Positions 50,186 to 63,570 of a stretch of 64,000 nucleotides of DNA are shown in pieces. The notes under the pieces were generated by a model. It did no database searches. It worked only from the letters and a program-made list of their open reading frames with translations, and had not been told where the DNA came from. The stretch covers positions 63,180,001-63,244,000 of the forward strand of contig NC_087437.1 of assembly GCF_036321535.1 (NCBI RefSeq). The letters run 5' to 3'. The translations under genes were made by a program, and so were the position numbers. Source of the DNA: Camelus dromedarius. Taxonomy: Eukaryota. The first letter of the stretch is position 1. Each line of letters begins with the position of its first letter.

Positions 50186-52677
50186 GATGCTTTGGACTCT
50201 GAGTCCTAAATGTTAGCTGTGGTGGAAAAGAAATTAGCACAGTTTTATAACGCTTTTTAAAATAAAATTTAAAAAAGAACAGATGCAAGCATTAAGCCCA
50301 AAAGTAGCCCATTTCAGAGGAACATGTAAGTATAATTCATAATTTTTCTGATTATTCCATCACAATGATTCTTAATCACTTGCTTTCCTCTTGTGCATTT
50401 CCTTTGTACTGGGTCTACAAAGACAACCTTATCTTCTTCTGTGGCCTCCTCTCTCTGGTGTCAAGTTTCCTGACCTACACACAGTTCCAGATCCCTGCGT
50501 CTCCTCTTCATGCAAAAATCTCCTCTGCTTCCTCCGCAGCTGCAGACCATGTCTGCTACTATAGCCTTTCTCCCCAACCCAAGCAGAGGACCCAACAGGA
50601 GGGTCAGACAAACACCTCAGCCATTTCCTGCTTCTAGCTTTCCTGTCCCTGGATCCACACAGCTGAAGCCACAAAACAAGCAAGCAACAAACAAAAACAG
50701 AATAGGCCGAGCTGCTGAATCTCCACATCCTGACAGCATGAAAGTATATGATTATCTTTTCCCAATTAGAAGAGAATAATCTCCCACCCAGCTCTTAAAG
50801 AAAGGAGAAACTTTCCTTCTCCAGCCACAGCTGTCAGCTTGGGTGTTGCTTAAAATCTGAATACAATCAACAACTCTTGTCCCAGTCCCCAGCAACCTAA
50901 ACCTGTTACATCACCTTGGTTACAGATCACTTCAGAAAACCTGGATCTCAAAAAGTATTTATGTAGGAGCTGGTGAGTGAATGAAAACAAAGCAAGATTT
51001 TCTTAAAACTGAGATTTAAGACAGTTTCATCACAATAAATGATATACCTGGCTCAAGGTCCTACTCATCCTTCTGGTCTCAGGTGAAACACCTCTTCTTC
51101 CAGGAAGCTCTCAGGAGGGCTAGGGCTGTGCTGGATGCCCTCACTGTGTGCACCAATAGCATCCAGCACCTGCCTTGCCACACAGCCCTGCACTGGCCCT
51201 TCCCCCAGCCTTCCACCCTGACTTCAGTGGCCTCTGTACTGGCCCACTGCCTGGTTACACTGCAGGATTCATGAAGGCCTAGTCTGTATCTGTTTCTTTT
51301 ACAACAGAATCCCTGAACACAGTAGGACTCAATAAATATTCATGTAACTATTATAAATACACACATTATCAATTAATGAATTAATGTGGAGCCCAAGTCC
51401 AGACAGCTGTTCCAGGATAATGTTTATCCATTCCACAAACATTTCCTGAGCATCTCTTGTGCTGTTGTGGTACAGGATGCGTCATACTCAGGCCCTGCCC
51501 TCAAAGAACATGCAGTGGAGGAAGGAAGCTGAGACACGTACACAATACCTATGCCACAGAGTAGACACAGCAAAACCAAAAAAGGATGGATATTAGAGAA
51601 TGAGAAAATGGGCCAAGGCACTGGGATTACCAAGTAGTTCAAAGTAGCTGGAGCTAAGGCTATGGGACAGGTCATACTGCGATCAGAGCCTAGAGGTCCA
51701 TGAATAAATACCTTTAGTTAAATAATCAGTAGGTGTCAGGCTAAGTGTTTTACATTCATGAGTTCATTTATTTCTTCAAACAATTCTGTGTGAAACCCTC
51801 TTGTTATAGAGAAGGAAACATGCTCAGAGAAGTCAAGAAAATTGCCCAAGTTGGCACAGCTGGTAAGTGGCTGGGATCCACAACTAGGCCACACTGATGA
51901 CTATGGCAGCAATATCATAGGGCTTTGAAGCCTGAGATGCCAAGTTAAGGAGTTGTTACTTTATCAACGGGCAACGTAGAGCCACTCTGAATAGGAATCA
52001 AAGTTTGTGCTTGGGAAGATTTATCAGACAGTAATGGGGAGAAGGGGTTGGGAGCAGTCAGATCTAAAGTCAGTCCCAATGTTGTGCAACTCCTGAACTG
52101 GGAGAGAAGCAGTAACACTGGAAAGCTGGTTCCAAGCTGAGGAATCCAGAGGAAGAGCGGGGACAGTCTAAAATGATCCCAAGGTGTACACCTGAGTGAC
52201 AGTGGGCAGGAAGTGGCATATAGATGCTTCCCTAGTGCCTCCGTGTGTGCATGTGTGTGCAGCATCTGTGGGAAAGGAAGCCAGTGCCTGTGGGAAAGAG
52301 TAGGAATGATAGCAGGCATGGGTGAGGGCTCCAAAACAGGGGGCAACTTAAGTCCTCCCCACCCCCCCACATCTGCAAAAGCACCCTGAATTCCCCTAAC
52401 CCACTTGGAGCATCTGAGCCCCAGTGACGCACAAAAGCACAAGAACAACAATGTGGCATGAAGCACCACACAATCATGTCCATCCGGCTCTACTCTCCTC
52501 TGGCCAGCCTGCCACAGCATAGAGACTGCTTGGTCCCAAAACAGAACGAAGAAGCAGAAGAGTGTCAGATGGGAGTTACAAGCCCCAGGCAGTAACCTTG
52601 ACTCCCTGTAACCTTGGGCCAAAGGCTTAACATTTCTGGATCTCAGTTTCTTCATCTGTAAGACAAGCAGTTTGGAC

Positions 52678-53070
52678 CAGAAGTGGCACACTGGAGGGCC
52701 ACAAGCCAAACTTACCCTGGAAATGAACTTTGTTTTACCAATGCAAGGTCTTTTAATTGAATTAGTTTCAACATTTAAAAATCAGGCTGTTTAATAAAAA
52801 AACAAAACAAATTAAAAAAAAAACCATATTTGAACCCTCTTTGAAACAAGATGTGGCAAGAAGGAGCTCACATTTCCACATGGCATCAATCAGCTGGAGC
52901 TGAGTAGCTGCTGCCCCGTAGAGGAGGCACCACTCTCCAGTTTGCCACAGTCCCCAACACTCCTTACTGCTCCCTGAGTGAGAGTCTCCACTCACCATCT
53001 ACACTTGGCTCATTTCTGTCTTCCAGGTTAACAGTCTGGCTCTTCTAGGCACCTGAGCTTACAATCCCTA
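52678..53070. mobile_element. MER102-like hAT-Charlie non-autonomous DNA transposon
   Basis: CACATTTCCACATGGCATCAATCAGCTGGAGCTGAGTAGCTGCTGCCCC is recognisable MER102-like text, and the element starts with CAG. Confidence 0.7.
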
Positions 53071-54459
53071 AGAAGAAGATCTAAAATATCATCATAGGGA
53101 GGCTCAGGAATTGGAGACAATAAACAGAAGCACAGAAAACTGGCAGGGAACTCCTCACAATGGCAGATGCTGGCCTCCCAGAGAAGCAGGGGCTTGTTGC
53201 CACTGATGGAGGTTTATTAAAACGTGTGTCGGGACTGCCCACCATTCCCCCTAGCCCCACCCCATCGAGGAGGAACACACGGATGACATCAGCCTTGGAC
53301 ACCGATGGAGAAATCCCATCATGAAGCAATTTGCTTCTCCAGCCTCTCTAATTTAACAATTAGCTTAACAACCCCAGTCAGGCACTTACTGCTGGAGCAG
53401 AGAAGTGATCCTGACCAGCAGCAGCCTCAGCCCAGAAGCTTCAGGAGGTCCTTTCCCACACTGCCCTCACCTCAGCTGGGTCTCTGCCTCTCCACTCACA
53501 CAGATATTCTCAACATCTCCAGAGTGCTTCCACCTGCCCCTTGAGCCTCCCACTCGAGCTCATTGGAAGTTCTCCCCTGTGTCCAAAATCAGTTTCTCCC
53601 ACTGCAACTTTAGCCCATTCTCTCTGTCTGTCCTGGAAAGATGCTCCCTCATAATAGGAAGCATGCTGGGCCGGGATGCTCCAGTCAATCACTCCTCTGG
53701 CCCTTTGGGAGTTGGGGTGTGGAAGGGAAGCCTGCACATAGGACACACTGCAGAGAGGAGGGTATATTCACAAGTCTGGCAGCCTTGGCACATCCTGGGC
53801 ACAGATCCTGACTCACAGAACAAGTCTCAGGAACTGGGCTTGCCCTGACCTGGATGGCACGCTCAGCTCCCCATCTGCATTGCCAAAGGGCCTCTTGGTA
53901 GAATGCACAGTACCTCCCTTGCCCAGCTCGTCCTGCTCCTGCCTCCAGGGCCTTTCTCAAGCAGTACCCCAAGCCCCGAATGCCAAATTTCAGAGAGATG
54001 CACACACATCGGAAAGGGGGAGATTTAAGAGTTTATTAAGTCACAAGTCTACAGAAACCTGGAGGCTATTTTAAAATACAGTGTTAGAATTTCCAGGATA
54101 GACAGGGCAAGGACAGGGAACACAACAGTAGACCCTCGAAGAGGAAAGCATCCCTGCATGACTAGGGAGAAATTTCAAAGAGGCCATGGAGGAAGAATTG
54201 GCATAAAAACACAAAACAACCCAGGAACTTAATCAAGCCAAGATAAAACAGGAATATCAATGTTAAGGTCAATCAGAGGTTATTTTGTTCCACCAAAGGG
54301 AGACAATGAGATGGAGAGTCAGGAGGGGCCAGTCAGTGATGCTCCTGGTACAAGAAGCATCCTTGAGAAAGAAAGTCCTTCCCAACTTGCCCTCCTCCAT
54401 TGACAAGAGTGGTTAGGATTGAAACTGCAGTTAACTGCTCAGGAACCTGACTGACAAAT

Positions 54460-55170
54460 AAGGTGTAAATAAATCACGAGGACCATATGGCATCCACCTG
54501 GAGTCCTAAAGGAATTCAAGGGTGAAATTGTAGAGCTGCTAGCCAAAATGTGTAACCTCTTATTACCAAGTCACTTGTGTCCTAGAACTGCCAGAGTACT
54601 CATGTAGCCTCCATTCATAAGAAAGGATCCAGGGAGAATTCTCGCTTTCAAACCAGGAAAGTCAACAAAATACGTATGAAGAACAGGCCTACTAAGCGTA
54701 TAAGCAAGCATGACCTCTCAGAGAAAAAGACAGGACATTTCTTATAATAGCAAAGCATGCATATAAGAATGTTTGAAAGAGTAAATATGAATGTGAATTA
54801 AAGAGACTCTGTGGCTGTAACTTATGTAAATTTCCAAGAAATTATTAGCAAGGGATTATAGCAAAAATGTTTTAATTGAACAATAATGCAACACGGGAAA
54901 CACTTTTTCAGAGAGTTGACTTACAGACCAGTAACAAAGAGAAAAAATAAACTGACACACCTTCAAATTAAGAAGTAAAAGTGGAGCTCTCTAGGCACGA
55001 AGAGTAGAACTGGCCTTATCTAACATTCTTATACACGATCTGTTGGAGGGAGTAGTGGCGAGCTACTCTACAGGTCTACACTCTTCCAGCAAGAAAAAGA
55101 ACCGCTGATCCAGAGAAACGATAGGAAGGTCTTTTCAGGTTCTAAGAGCTGATGTAAGAGAGGCGACTGA
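54460..55170 (+). mobile_element. CR1-clade LINE ORF2 relic
   Basis: Translates, with frameshifts, to KSRGPYGIH / GVLKEFKGEIVELLAKMCNLLL / HVASIHKKGSRE, matching CR1 KSPGPDGIHPRVLKEL...NVTPIFKKG. Confidence 0.78.
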
Positions 55171-58100
55171 GTTTCAGTGTGATGGGATCTATCTGCCTCT
55201 TGACAGTCTCTCAGCCTCCTCTCTCCTGATAAGACGAATCCTAAGCCCCATTCTCTGGACCTTACGATTGTGGGCTCCAGAACCTACATATCCCTAAAAA
55301 TAGGAAAAATTCAGATTCAACTCACAGAAAATGCTTATGGCTAGACTAACATGGAGATTGCCCACTGCATTTGGTTAAACCCTGACCAGTCAGGTTCACC
55401 ATGGGCCGGTCCTTCTTCACTTACCTGCAGTGCCCATTCCACACACAGAACTTCACGTTTATAAACCCAAGGCACATATCCATAGAAAAGCCATTTGGAT
55501 GCTATGAACCAAAAATTCTAAAACAAAGAAGAGAATATGATTGGATTCACCTATTCCTTTGAATTAATTTTTGTTATTGCATCTCTATGTTGGGCATATA
55601 GTAGGGAGCTGATCATAGAAATGCAAACCTGAGTGAATTCAGCATCTCCTACTGGCCCTACTGTTCCCTGTGACCCATGTCATCTGCCTGTCCTAGTGCT
55701 TCTAACGTGATTGCCACATGGTAAGAGACTGTGCAACACTTTCTCAGCACCCATTTCTGCTTATCCAAGTCTATTCATTCCTTCAAAACTACAGGCAAAA
55801 CAACTTCTCCCCACAGACATCTCCAGCATCATGGGAGCTTAAAACTGACTATCATTTTGGGCTTGAGGTCAGTGCTTTGTTGCAGATGGCAGAAACAAAA
55901 GAGTTCTATGTTATGTCACTTGCTAAAACTTGTTATAATGTCATATAGTGGCTATACACATAGGTTCAAATCCTGGCTCTACTAATCACTAGCTGAGTAA
56001 ATTCAGAGCTCAACATCCTCATTTGTCAAATGGATGCAATAACGTTTACCTACTTCAAAGGGAAGTTCTAGGGATCAACTTAGATTATGCTTATAAAAAG
56101 CTTGGTACAGTAGTTTGTGCATATTAAGCACTCAAAAAAATTTACCTAGCACTAACAATGGCTTCCTTCCCTCTAGCTCTAAGAGATCAGTTCCTTTCTT
56201 GACTTTCTCCCAACCTACATGTAGCTTTTAAAAGACCGCGTTTTCAAAAGTTGGCTGATTCTAGCTGCCTCTATTCTACAACCCCCCAGGGCTCAGCTGT
56301 CACTCTACTATCTTCTTGTGCAGTATTTGCTTAGACCTGTCTGTCACTTAATACACTGTGAAGTCCCTTCCATGTGCCAATGTCATTGTTGCCTGTTCTT
56401 GGGTAAAGTTTGCATGGAAATAGGCAGCAAGCCTAGCTTTATCAGTAACGGGTCACTAACTGCTTCTAAGAGAGTCCATATATGATACTGTTTTTGATGA
56501 ATCTGTCAAGGTAAAGGAGATACACTCTGAAACTAGACTTTGTCAGCACTTTGAGAGCAGATCCATTGTTGATGAAGACCCATTAACCAAGTTCCCAAAG
56601 CTATAGGCCAGAAGCTCCATTTATTGGGTGCCAACAACAACAAAATGCAACTGTCAACGGGACCTGGAGTGCTCAGGTCAGCATGGTCTGTGTAGGCTGT
56701 CGGACTGGGGAAACCAAACCAGCATCCAAAACTTGTTTACTGAGCATGTAAAAGCAAGCCTAGAGGAGTCTGCAGAATAATTCATGCCTCAAGGGCAGCA
56801 GACCACAATGGGGTGGTGTATATACCCCAAGATTAAGCTAGACTTGCTGGAGAACCAGTGTTTCCTTGTCTGTGGCCAGAGCCTAAATGGGCACTATCAA
56901 CTTCTGCCACTTTAACTTGCCTTTCAGAAGTGTCTCAGCTGACCAACAACTTCTGTACACAGTTTCCCCAAGCTGCACTTTGGTGCAATTAATTAGCCTT
57001 TAGATTACTAGATTACAGTCATATTTCAGCCCAGCATCCCTGAGATTATTCCCAGCTCATACTGAGGGAGTCTTTTCCTTCACACATTTGCAGAACACCT
57101 CCTGGTCCACAGCTGCAGATGATGGATCACATCCATGTAGGATGGATGGATGGACCTAAATTTAACCCTCAGAGGCAGCTTCATTTCTATTATTCCCAGG
57201 TTCCTGGGAAACCTCACTGTTACCTCCATGAAATCTCTATGGGCAGAACTCCCCCAGGCCAGGGTCCTCATCTTCTATTTTATTCCATGGTTCTTTAATG
57301 AGTAGAACAGGAATTCATTAGCAGTAGTCAACGCATCAATGGCATTGATTGACTTGTTAAGTGAAGCTGCAAACATTTGCTTTCACTAACAGGAAGAGAT
57401 GACTTTTCAAGCGTTGGTGAGAGAGTGCACAGATTCAGGGAGCAGATCGGAGCAGAACAAGACCAGGAAGAGGGTGCACTGAGCCGCTGTCTCTGCTGTC
57501 TTTACAAGGACTTGTAGAAGGAAGTGTAACATGTCCCCGGGTTGTATTTAGAAAATTGATACCCACTACTTAGAAATAGCTCTTCTTCCACCACATTAAT
57601 CCTGGCCAACATCTTTTCCCACCCCAGTGTCTTAACAGCCCGTGGCAGAACATTCAGCTTTCGTTTTCAGAAGAAGGAAACTTGGAGTCTGGGACAGAAA
57701 TATGTCTTATTCCACAAATCACTTACGCTGTGGAAGGTCTTCAAGAGGTCCTTCAGGAATCCCTCTGGCTCAAGGACGATGTCTGAGGGAAATTCTAACA
57801 GAGGAGACACCTTGTGGGCTAGGGGAGTTACTTGCTTTCCTATGTGGTTGTGGTATGGATGTCTTCTGCTCTCTTCTTCTGGGTTTAATTGACTTGCAAG
57901 TCAACGCTGATGAGCAGAGCCCACACTTGGAGCCAAGCAGCCTTGGGAGAGATCCTGGTCTTGAGACTTTTCTGGCAAATCATTCAGCCTCTCTGAACCT
58001 GTTCTCTCAGAGTACAGGAGTAACAACTACCTTTCAGAGTTTGGGGAGGACTAAAGATGACATCTGGAAAGTGCCTAATCAGTGGTTACACTTATGATGG

Positions 58101-61100
58101 GTGATTTTTGCCTAACTTGGCAACCACAAAGACACCACCATTAGAGAAGTCACCACCAAGTAACATCTGACTGGCTCAGAGCACCAAGCATCCCAGCACA
58201 GCTAAATAGGCGCGAACACCCTACCCACCACATCATCCAACCAAGCATAAGGTTGCCTCCCTCCCCTACTGGGTCATCCTTCACATGGAAATGCTACCTT
58301 CCTGAGTCCAGAGTTTTAACATAAATAGAAACCCTTCAAGGACAGACATTAGCACACACACACAAAGTGTAGAGAGAGCAAGACAAAGCAGAAAATAACC
58401 CTAATTAAGGCAATTTCACACAATTATATATGTAGAAGGGACCCTAGCTATAATTCAGTGCAGCCCTCTCATTTTACAGGTAGGAAAACTGAGACCTTGA
58501 AAGGAGAAGCGGCAGATCAAGCCAATGATAGATCAATCCTAAAACCAAGACCTCCTGACTTATTCACTATCCTGCACTGCACAGACCCCCTGAAGCTGAC
58601 ACACAAGGCAAGATGCTGGAGGAAGGGAAGGCCGAGCTTGTATTTACTTAACTTCTACTGCACCAACAACACAGGGATAGGCACTAATACCTTCAGAAAA
58701 GTTCCCAGCCATCCTACAGGAGCTAAACATTCATCAAGGTGAGGAGAAAACACCTGGCGTGTGCAATAGCAATAATGAAAGGAGGTTTGTGATGACAAGT
58801 CCTGGAAAGTATTCAAGGAGATCAGAGATGGGAACAGTGATGTCACAGAAGACTTCTCCCCCAACCTGGAGTGGAATAATTCTGGAGCCTCACAAAATGG
58901 AGAGACTATGAGTAGACCATGGCTAGAATGGAAAGGCCCTTCAAGCAAAGATTCCAGCAGGAGCTGAGTCTTGGAGGCTAGCCTGAGGATGGTATGTTCT
59001 CAAGTAAGTAAAGAGAGAGCCTCCAGCAGGCTCTCCAAGAACCTGGAAACTATTACCTGGCTGCTTCCTGGATCTCTTACAACAGAACATGGAGCAGTGC
59101 TCAGAGCAGAAACCTTGAGGACTCCAAGTTTCTCAGCAATCACAGTGGCACTAAGGTCTCGCGCACACACACAAACATAAGCATGGTGATGGAGTCAGCT
59201 GCTTGTATTTCTCTCTTCCTACCTGCTCCACGACCCCAGGGGATTCTTCTCCTCTGGGGTCCACCAGGGTCTGACCACTCCATCCCTGAAGCAGCCTTCA
59301 TGTCTGCTCTACACAAAGCCTTGTCCAGCTCTCCTCAGTGCTGCCCACAGGGCTGAGAGGTGTGTGCTGCCACTGCTTCATCACAGTCTCTTTGCTCCAC
59401 ACACACTCGGCCTTTTACAGCAGTTTCTGTCCATGAGCTTTGGGGAGCAGGTCCCCAGAAAATAGGGGACAGATCCAGCTAACTGTCCTAATCTCAGTGT
59501 TACCTTCCTTTCACTTTTCTTACCTTAATTTTCCCTCTGCCTCTACTTTATCACTTCCTTATTTTACCTTGTTGTAGTTCATATATTTCAATAAGCCGCT
59601 GTAACTGCTTTTTCAAGCAAGGTCGTATCTAAATGCATGCCTGCTGCTCTAGCCCATTTGCAGAGTAGCCTAACATGAGAGGCCCTCCAGTCCCTACTCT
59701 GCTGATACCTTGGCAGACCCATTACAGACTTTCCAAATCCATCCTTCCAGGCCCAAGTCAAATGTCCCCCTTCCTACAAACCATTCCCTAAGTCCCCCTA
59801 GTAAAGCTCACCCCCTCCCCTCTGAGCTTCAACTGCACGTGGCATCTACCTCTTTATAGCCCTTACCCTATTCCACACTGTAATCCACTCTAAACATTGG
59901 TAAAGTTATTATTATGATTATGATTTATTATTTTCTTAAAGCAAAGGAGCTCCACCATGCCATTCCCTCACCCAACAATATGCAGTGGCTCCCCGTGCCC
60001 AATGAAGGAATCCCTCACTTTAACACCAGTATACCTCTAGCTTGATTTCCTACTTCATCCTACATACCTGCTAATCCAAACTGCCCATTTTTTCTCAATT
60101 ATGCCTTGTTCTCTGCTACAAATAAATGGGGAGCAGCAGATCCTGTGTACTCTCCAGCACCATCCCTGGGCCGCACACTACATAGACACACACTACATAG
60201 ACTCAGCTCTGGGAGACCCCCAATCTCTTAGACATTTTAACTTTGTTCCATCAGTATTTCTTTCTCCTCCTCCTCCTAGGTCTCCATAAAGTTATGTTCC
60301 CCCAGAGCAGTGCATGAGACTGGTAGCACATAGCAATGCAAAGCAAAGAACACAGACTACGGATGTAGACTGACAGACTATTTCTAAATTCAAATCCGAG
60401 CTCTGCCACTTAGGAGCTGCATGACTTTAGGTAAATTCCTAGCCTCCCTTAGTCTCTGTTTCCTTATCTTTAAAATGGGAAGCACAAAGGTTGTTTTAAA
60501 GATCAAATGAGACATTTGTGAAAATGCCCAGCCTCATCCCTAACACTGGAAGTTGCGTCACAAACAGCAGGAATGGTGACTGGTGACTGCTGCCCTTGGT
60601 GTCACTCATGCTTCCAGGCCATGAAGGACAAGAGCAGGAGGTCCGACCCCCACGGCACGGCACAGGCCGAGGTCCTTCCACACCACAGATCACACTGCTT
60701 CCTCACACATGCTCCTGATGGGGACATCAGGAGGCGGGTGGGTGGGGAGGAGACCATGTGAGGAGCCTCTTGACTGTGTCTTCATATGTCATAATTAGTT
60801 GGAGATAATGTAATGATCCAGTTCCGGGATCCATGACATTGGGCAAATGGGGGTAATTTCAGTGGAGAGAAAGTCACTTGAGGGCCCTCTTGCTCTTTTT
60901 ATCTTTGGAAATTAAAGAAACAACATCAGATTCTTTTATTTAATCTCCAAACCTAGAAACTGAAATACAAAATATAAACATTCAGCCTGAATAAATGGAG
61001 GGTGTAATGTGTATTTGCTCTGTTATTTAAGGATGTTCAGTTCTTCTCTAGAAAACAAGAGAAACCAACAAAATGAGAGAGAGAAAACAGCACAGGCAAC

Positions 61101-62111
61101 AAGTAAGCAGGCGGACCACGAGGCATGGTTGGCATGGATACAATCAGCGCGTGCACATGTTGAGGAGGCGCTGGGAAGGGAGGAGAGGACCAAGTGCACA
61201 CCTAACATTCATGCCGGACTCCGACTGCTCTCTGGCGGCCCTCCACTCAGGCCTCATGAGTTCTTTGCCCACACAAGATCCAGCGCTGGTCATCAGGACG
61301 GCTTGGCCGACTGACCTGCCCCAGCATTTCTCCAAAAAAAGCATATGTGAGCCACAGGTACCTTCTGCCTGCAGTGCCCTCCCATTCACCTCACTTCTGG
61401 TTTCCAGAACCATATCACCCAAGGGGAAGGCCGACCTGGCAGAGAGACAGACAGGACCTCTGACCCCGTATGACTCAGAAGCCAGGGATGTGGTCCTTCC
61501 ACTCACTCGTACCCTAAACCCACCCCTCTCTGGCTGTGAGCTTTCAGTTTCGACCTCAGGACAGGGGACCCACTATGTGTAAAGCTCACTTAGAGGCCAC
61601 CATTGCATCAATGTAATTTCCTATCACAGAGGGGAGGAGAGGGGAGGGGAGGGTGGTAAACTTGAGTAGTCAAGGTCAGGGAATGTAGAAAGAGAAAAAA
61701 GGTGCTAATTTCATGTCTGAGGTCAGAGTAGAAATAGGTTCTTGAGGGAAGACCATTTCACTGAGAGCCAGGATATGAGTGTCCCCTTTCTGGCTCTGCC
61801 ATGAAGAAATCATTTTGCCTCTCAGAAATGCTGTTTTCTTATCTATAGGAATGAAGCAGTTGGGCTAAATTATCTCCAATATCTCTTCTGGGTCTCCAAT
61901 TTGAGGATTTAAAGTCTGCTTCCAGCCTGCATACCACAGCTCATAGCACACCGTTAGAAACTGGTGTTTGCATAAAGCTACTGATGCTTACATAGTCGGG
62001 TGCCAAGATCACCTGGCTCTTCTACATACTAGCAATGGGGAAGTTACTAAAAGCAAGGCTGGAAAAAACAAAGTTTTTCCCTAAAAGCCTCATATTCTCC
62101 TAGTAGCCCAG

Positions 62112-62606
62112 ATGAAGATGTCCCCTGTTTGCCCCTCCACCCTCCACCACTCTGCACCCTGTTCTAGGAACAGCCTCCATCCTTCTCCAGCCTGCTCTGA
62201 GCCCTGGGGGGCTGACCAGTGCAGACTACGTCAGGGCTTTCTTGCCCTCTGGCATCCTGCTGAGTTCAGCCATTGGGAAGTCCTAGCAGAAGATCAGAAG
62301 CAGCAAGGAGAGTGAGGCTGGGATATCCTGTACCTCTCCATGACCTCCCTGTGGGGCCTTGGTGGGCTGGCTGGCTGTGTCCCCTGATCTCAAGTCATGG
62401 CTCCTGCTGAGGTAGCCCTCAACACGAATTCTCTGTCCTCAAGTTCTGGTAACCACTCCTTCCTCATTCCGTTGGTTCTAGGGAAACTAACCTCTTCATT
62501 ACTAGTCCCTGCCCACACCTATGTGAAGAGCCCCTTCGTTAAACCTTCCTCAGATGACCCAAAATGGCTGAGCCATCTGTTTCCTGCTGGAGCCCTGACT
62601 CATGTT
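62112..62606 (+). mobile_element. LTR33-like ERVL solo LTR
   Basis: Start TGTTTGCCCCTCCA..CCACTCTGCACCCT, middle CCTTGCCCTCTGGCATCCTGCTGAGTTCAGCCATTGGGA, end GCCATCTGTTTCCTGCTGGAGCCCTGACT. Confidence 0.75.
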
Positions 62607-63104
62607 ACCTAATGAACCCATTTTCTCTCTAGTCCCATCTTTGAGCAGTTGATTTACTCTGAAAATCTCTACACTGTGCAACTCACATTCCAGAGTTTCT
62701 CCAGTGCAGCTGAATTCCCAGACAAGAAGCTGAGTTGCCTCTTTTCTCTGTAGCCCTCTTCATGCCTACCTACAAAATTTCCTGTTCCACTTGAAAAGAA
62801 AAAAAAATGTATCACAAAGGCTAAAAAATCCACAGTTCTGTGCATGGGTGAGCAGCACAACATTCATGTCACTGTCCAATGAGCTCTTCCACCCAACCTG
62901 GGATTCAACATCTCCCCTTGGAGGTGGCCTTATTGCCCCTTGCAACAGTGTCTCTCCCTGACAACATCCAGCCCACCCTCCCATGGACATGGGTGCCATC
63001 AGGATCCTGAATCCCCACTGAATCCAACTCCACGTCTGCCCCTCTGGACTCACCACAAACTGGAATGTGACCCAAGTTGGATGCTTTTGTTTGGCCTCTA
63101 GAGA

Positions 63105-63570
63105 ATTTTTTTTTTAAATTTCGGCTTTATTGAGGTATAATTGACATGTAAAATTGTAAGATATTTAAAGTGTACATCATGGTGATTTGATGTACATATA
63201 CATCGTGAAAGGACCCATCTAGTAAGCACATCCATCACTTCATATATTTATCTTCTTTTTTTTTTTTTGATCAGGACATTTAAGTTCTACTCTCTTAGCA
63301 AATTTCAATCATACAATAGGGTGTTGTTACCTGTAGTCACCATGATGTACATTAGGTCCTCAGACCTTATTCACTGTATAAAGGAAGCATGTACCCTGTG
63401 GCCAGCCTCTCCCTACTTTCCCCACCCACCAGCCCCTGGCCACCACTTTTCTACTTTCTGTTTCTATGAGTTTGATTCCATATATAAGGGACACTACACA
63501 GTTTTGTCTTTCTCTAGCTGACTTGCCTCACTTAGCATGATGTCCTCACAAATGGCAGGATCTCCTTCGG
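63105..63570 (-). mobile_element. L1 (L1MA/MB-type) 3'UTR fragment
   Basis: T-tail, then GCTTTATTGAGGTATAATTGACAT...TTAAGTTCTACTCTCTTAGCAAATTTCAATCATACAATAG...GTAGTCACCATG, the reverse homolog of the 39.3 kb element. Confidence 0.88.

Noticed and set aside
51945..52709. 254-aa minus-strand ORF
   Set aside because: Runs through MER102, MIR and L2 relics; no recognisable domain.
55294..55303. Perfect MEF2 motif CTAAAAATAG
   Set aside because: An isolated AT-rich 10-mer with no supporting context; plausible by chance.
59232..59261. 12-bp GC-rich hairpin
   Set aside because: Too short for a pre-miRNA, weaker on the transcribed strand, and plausible by chance.
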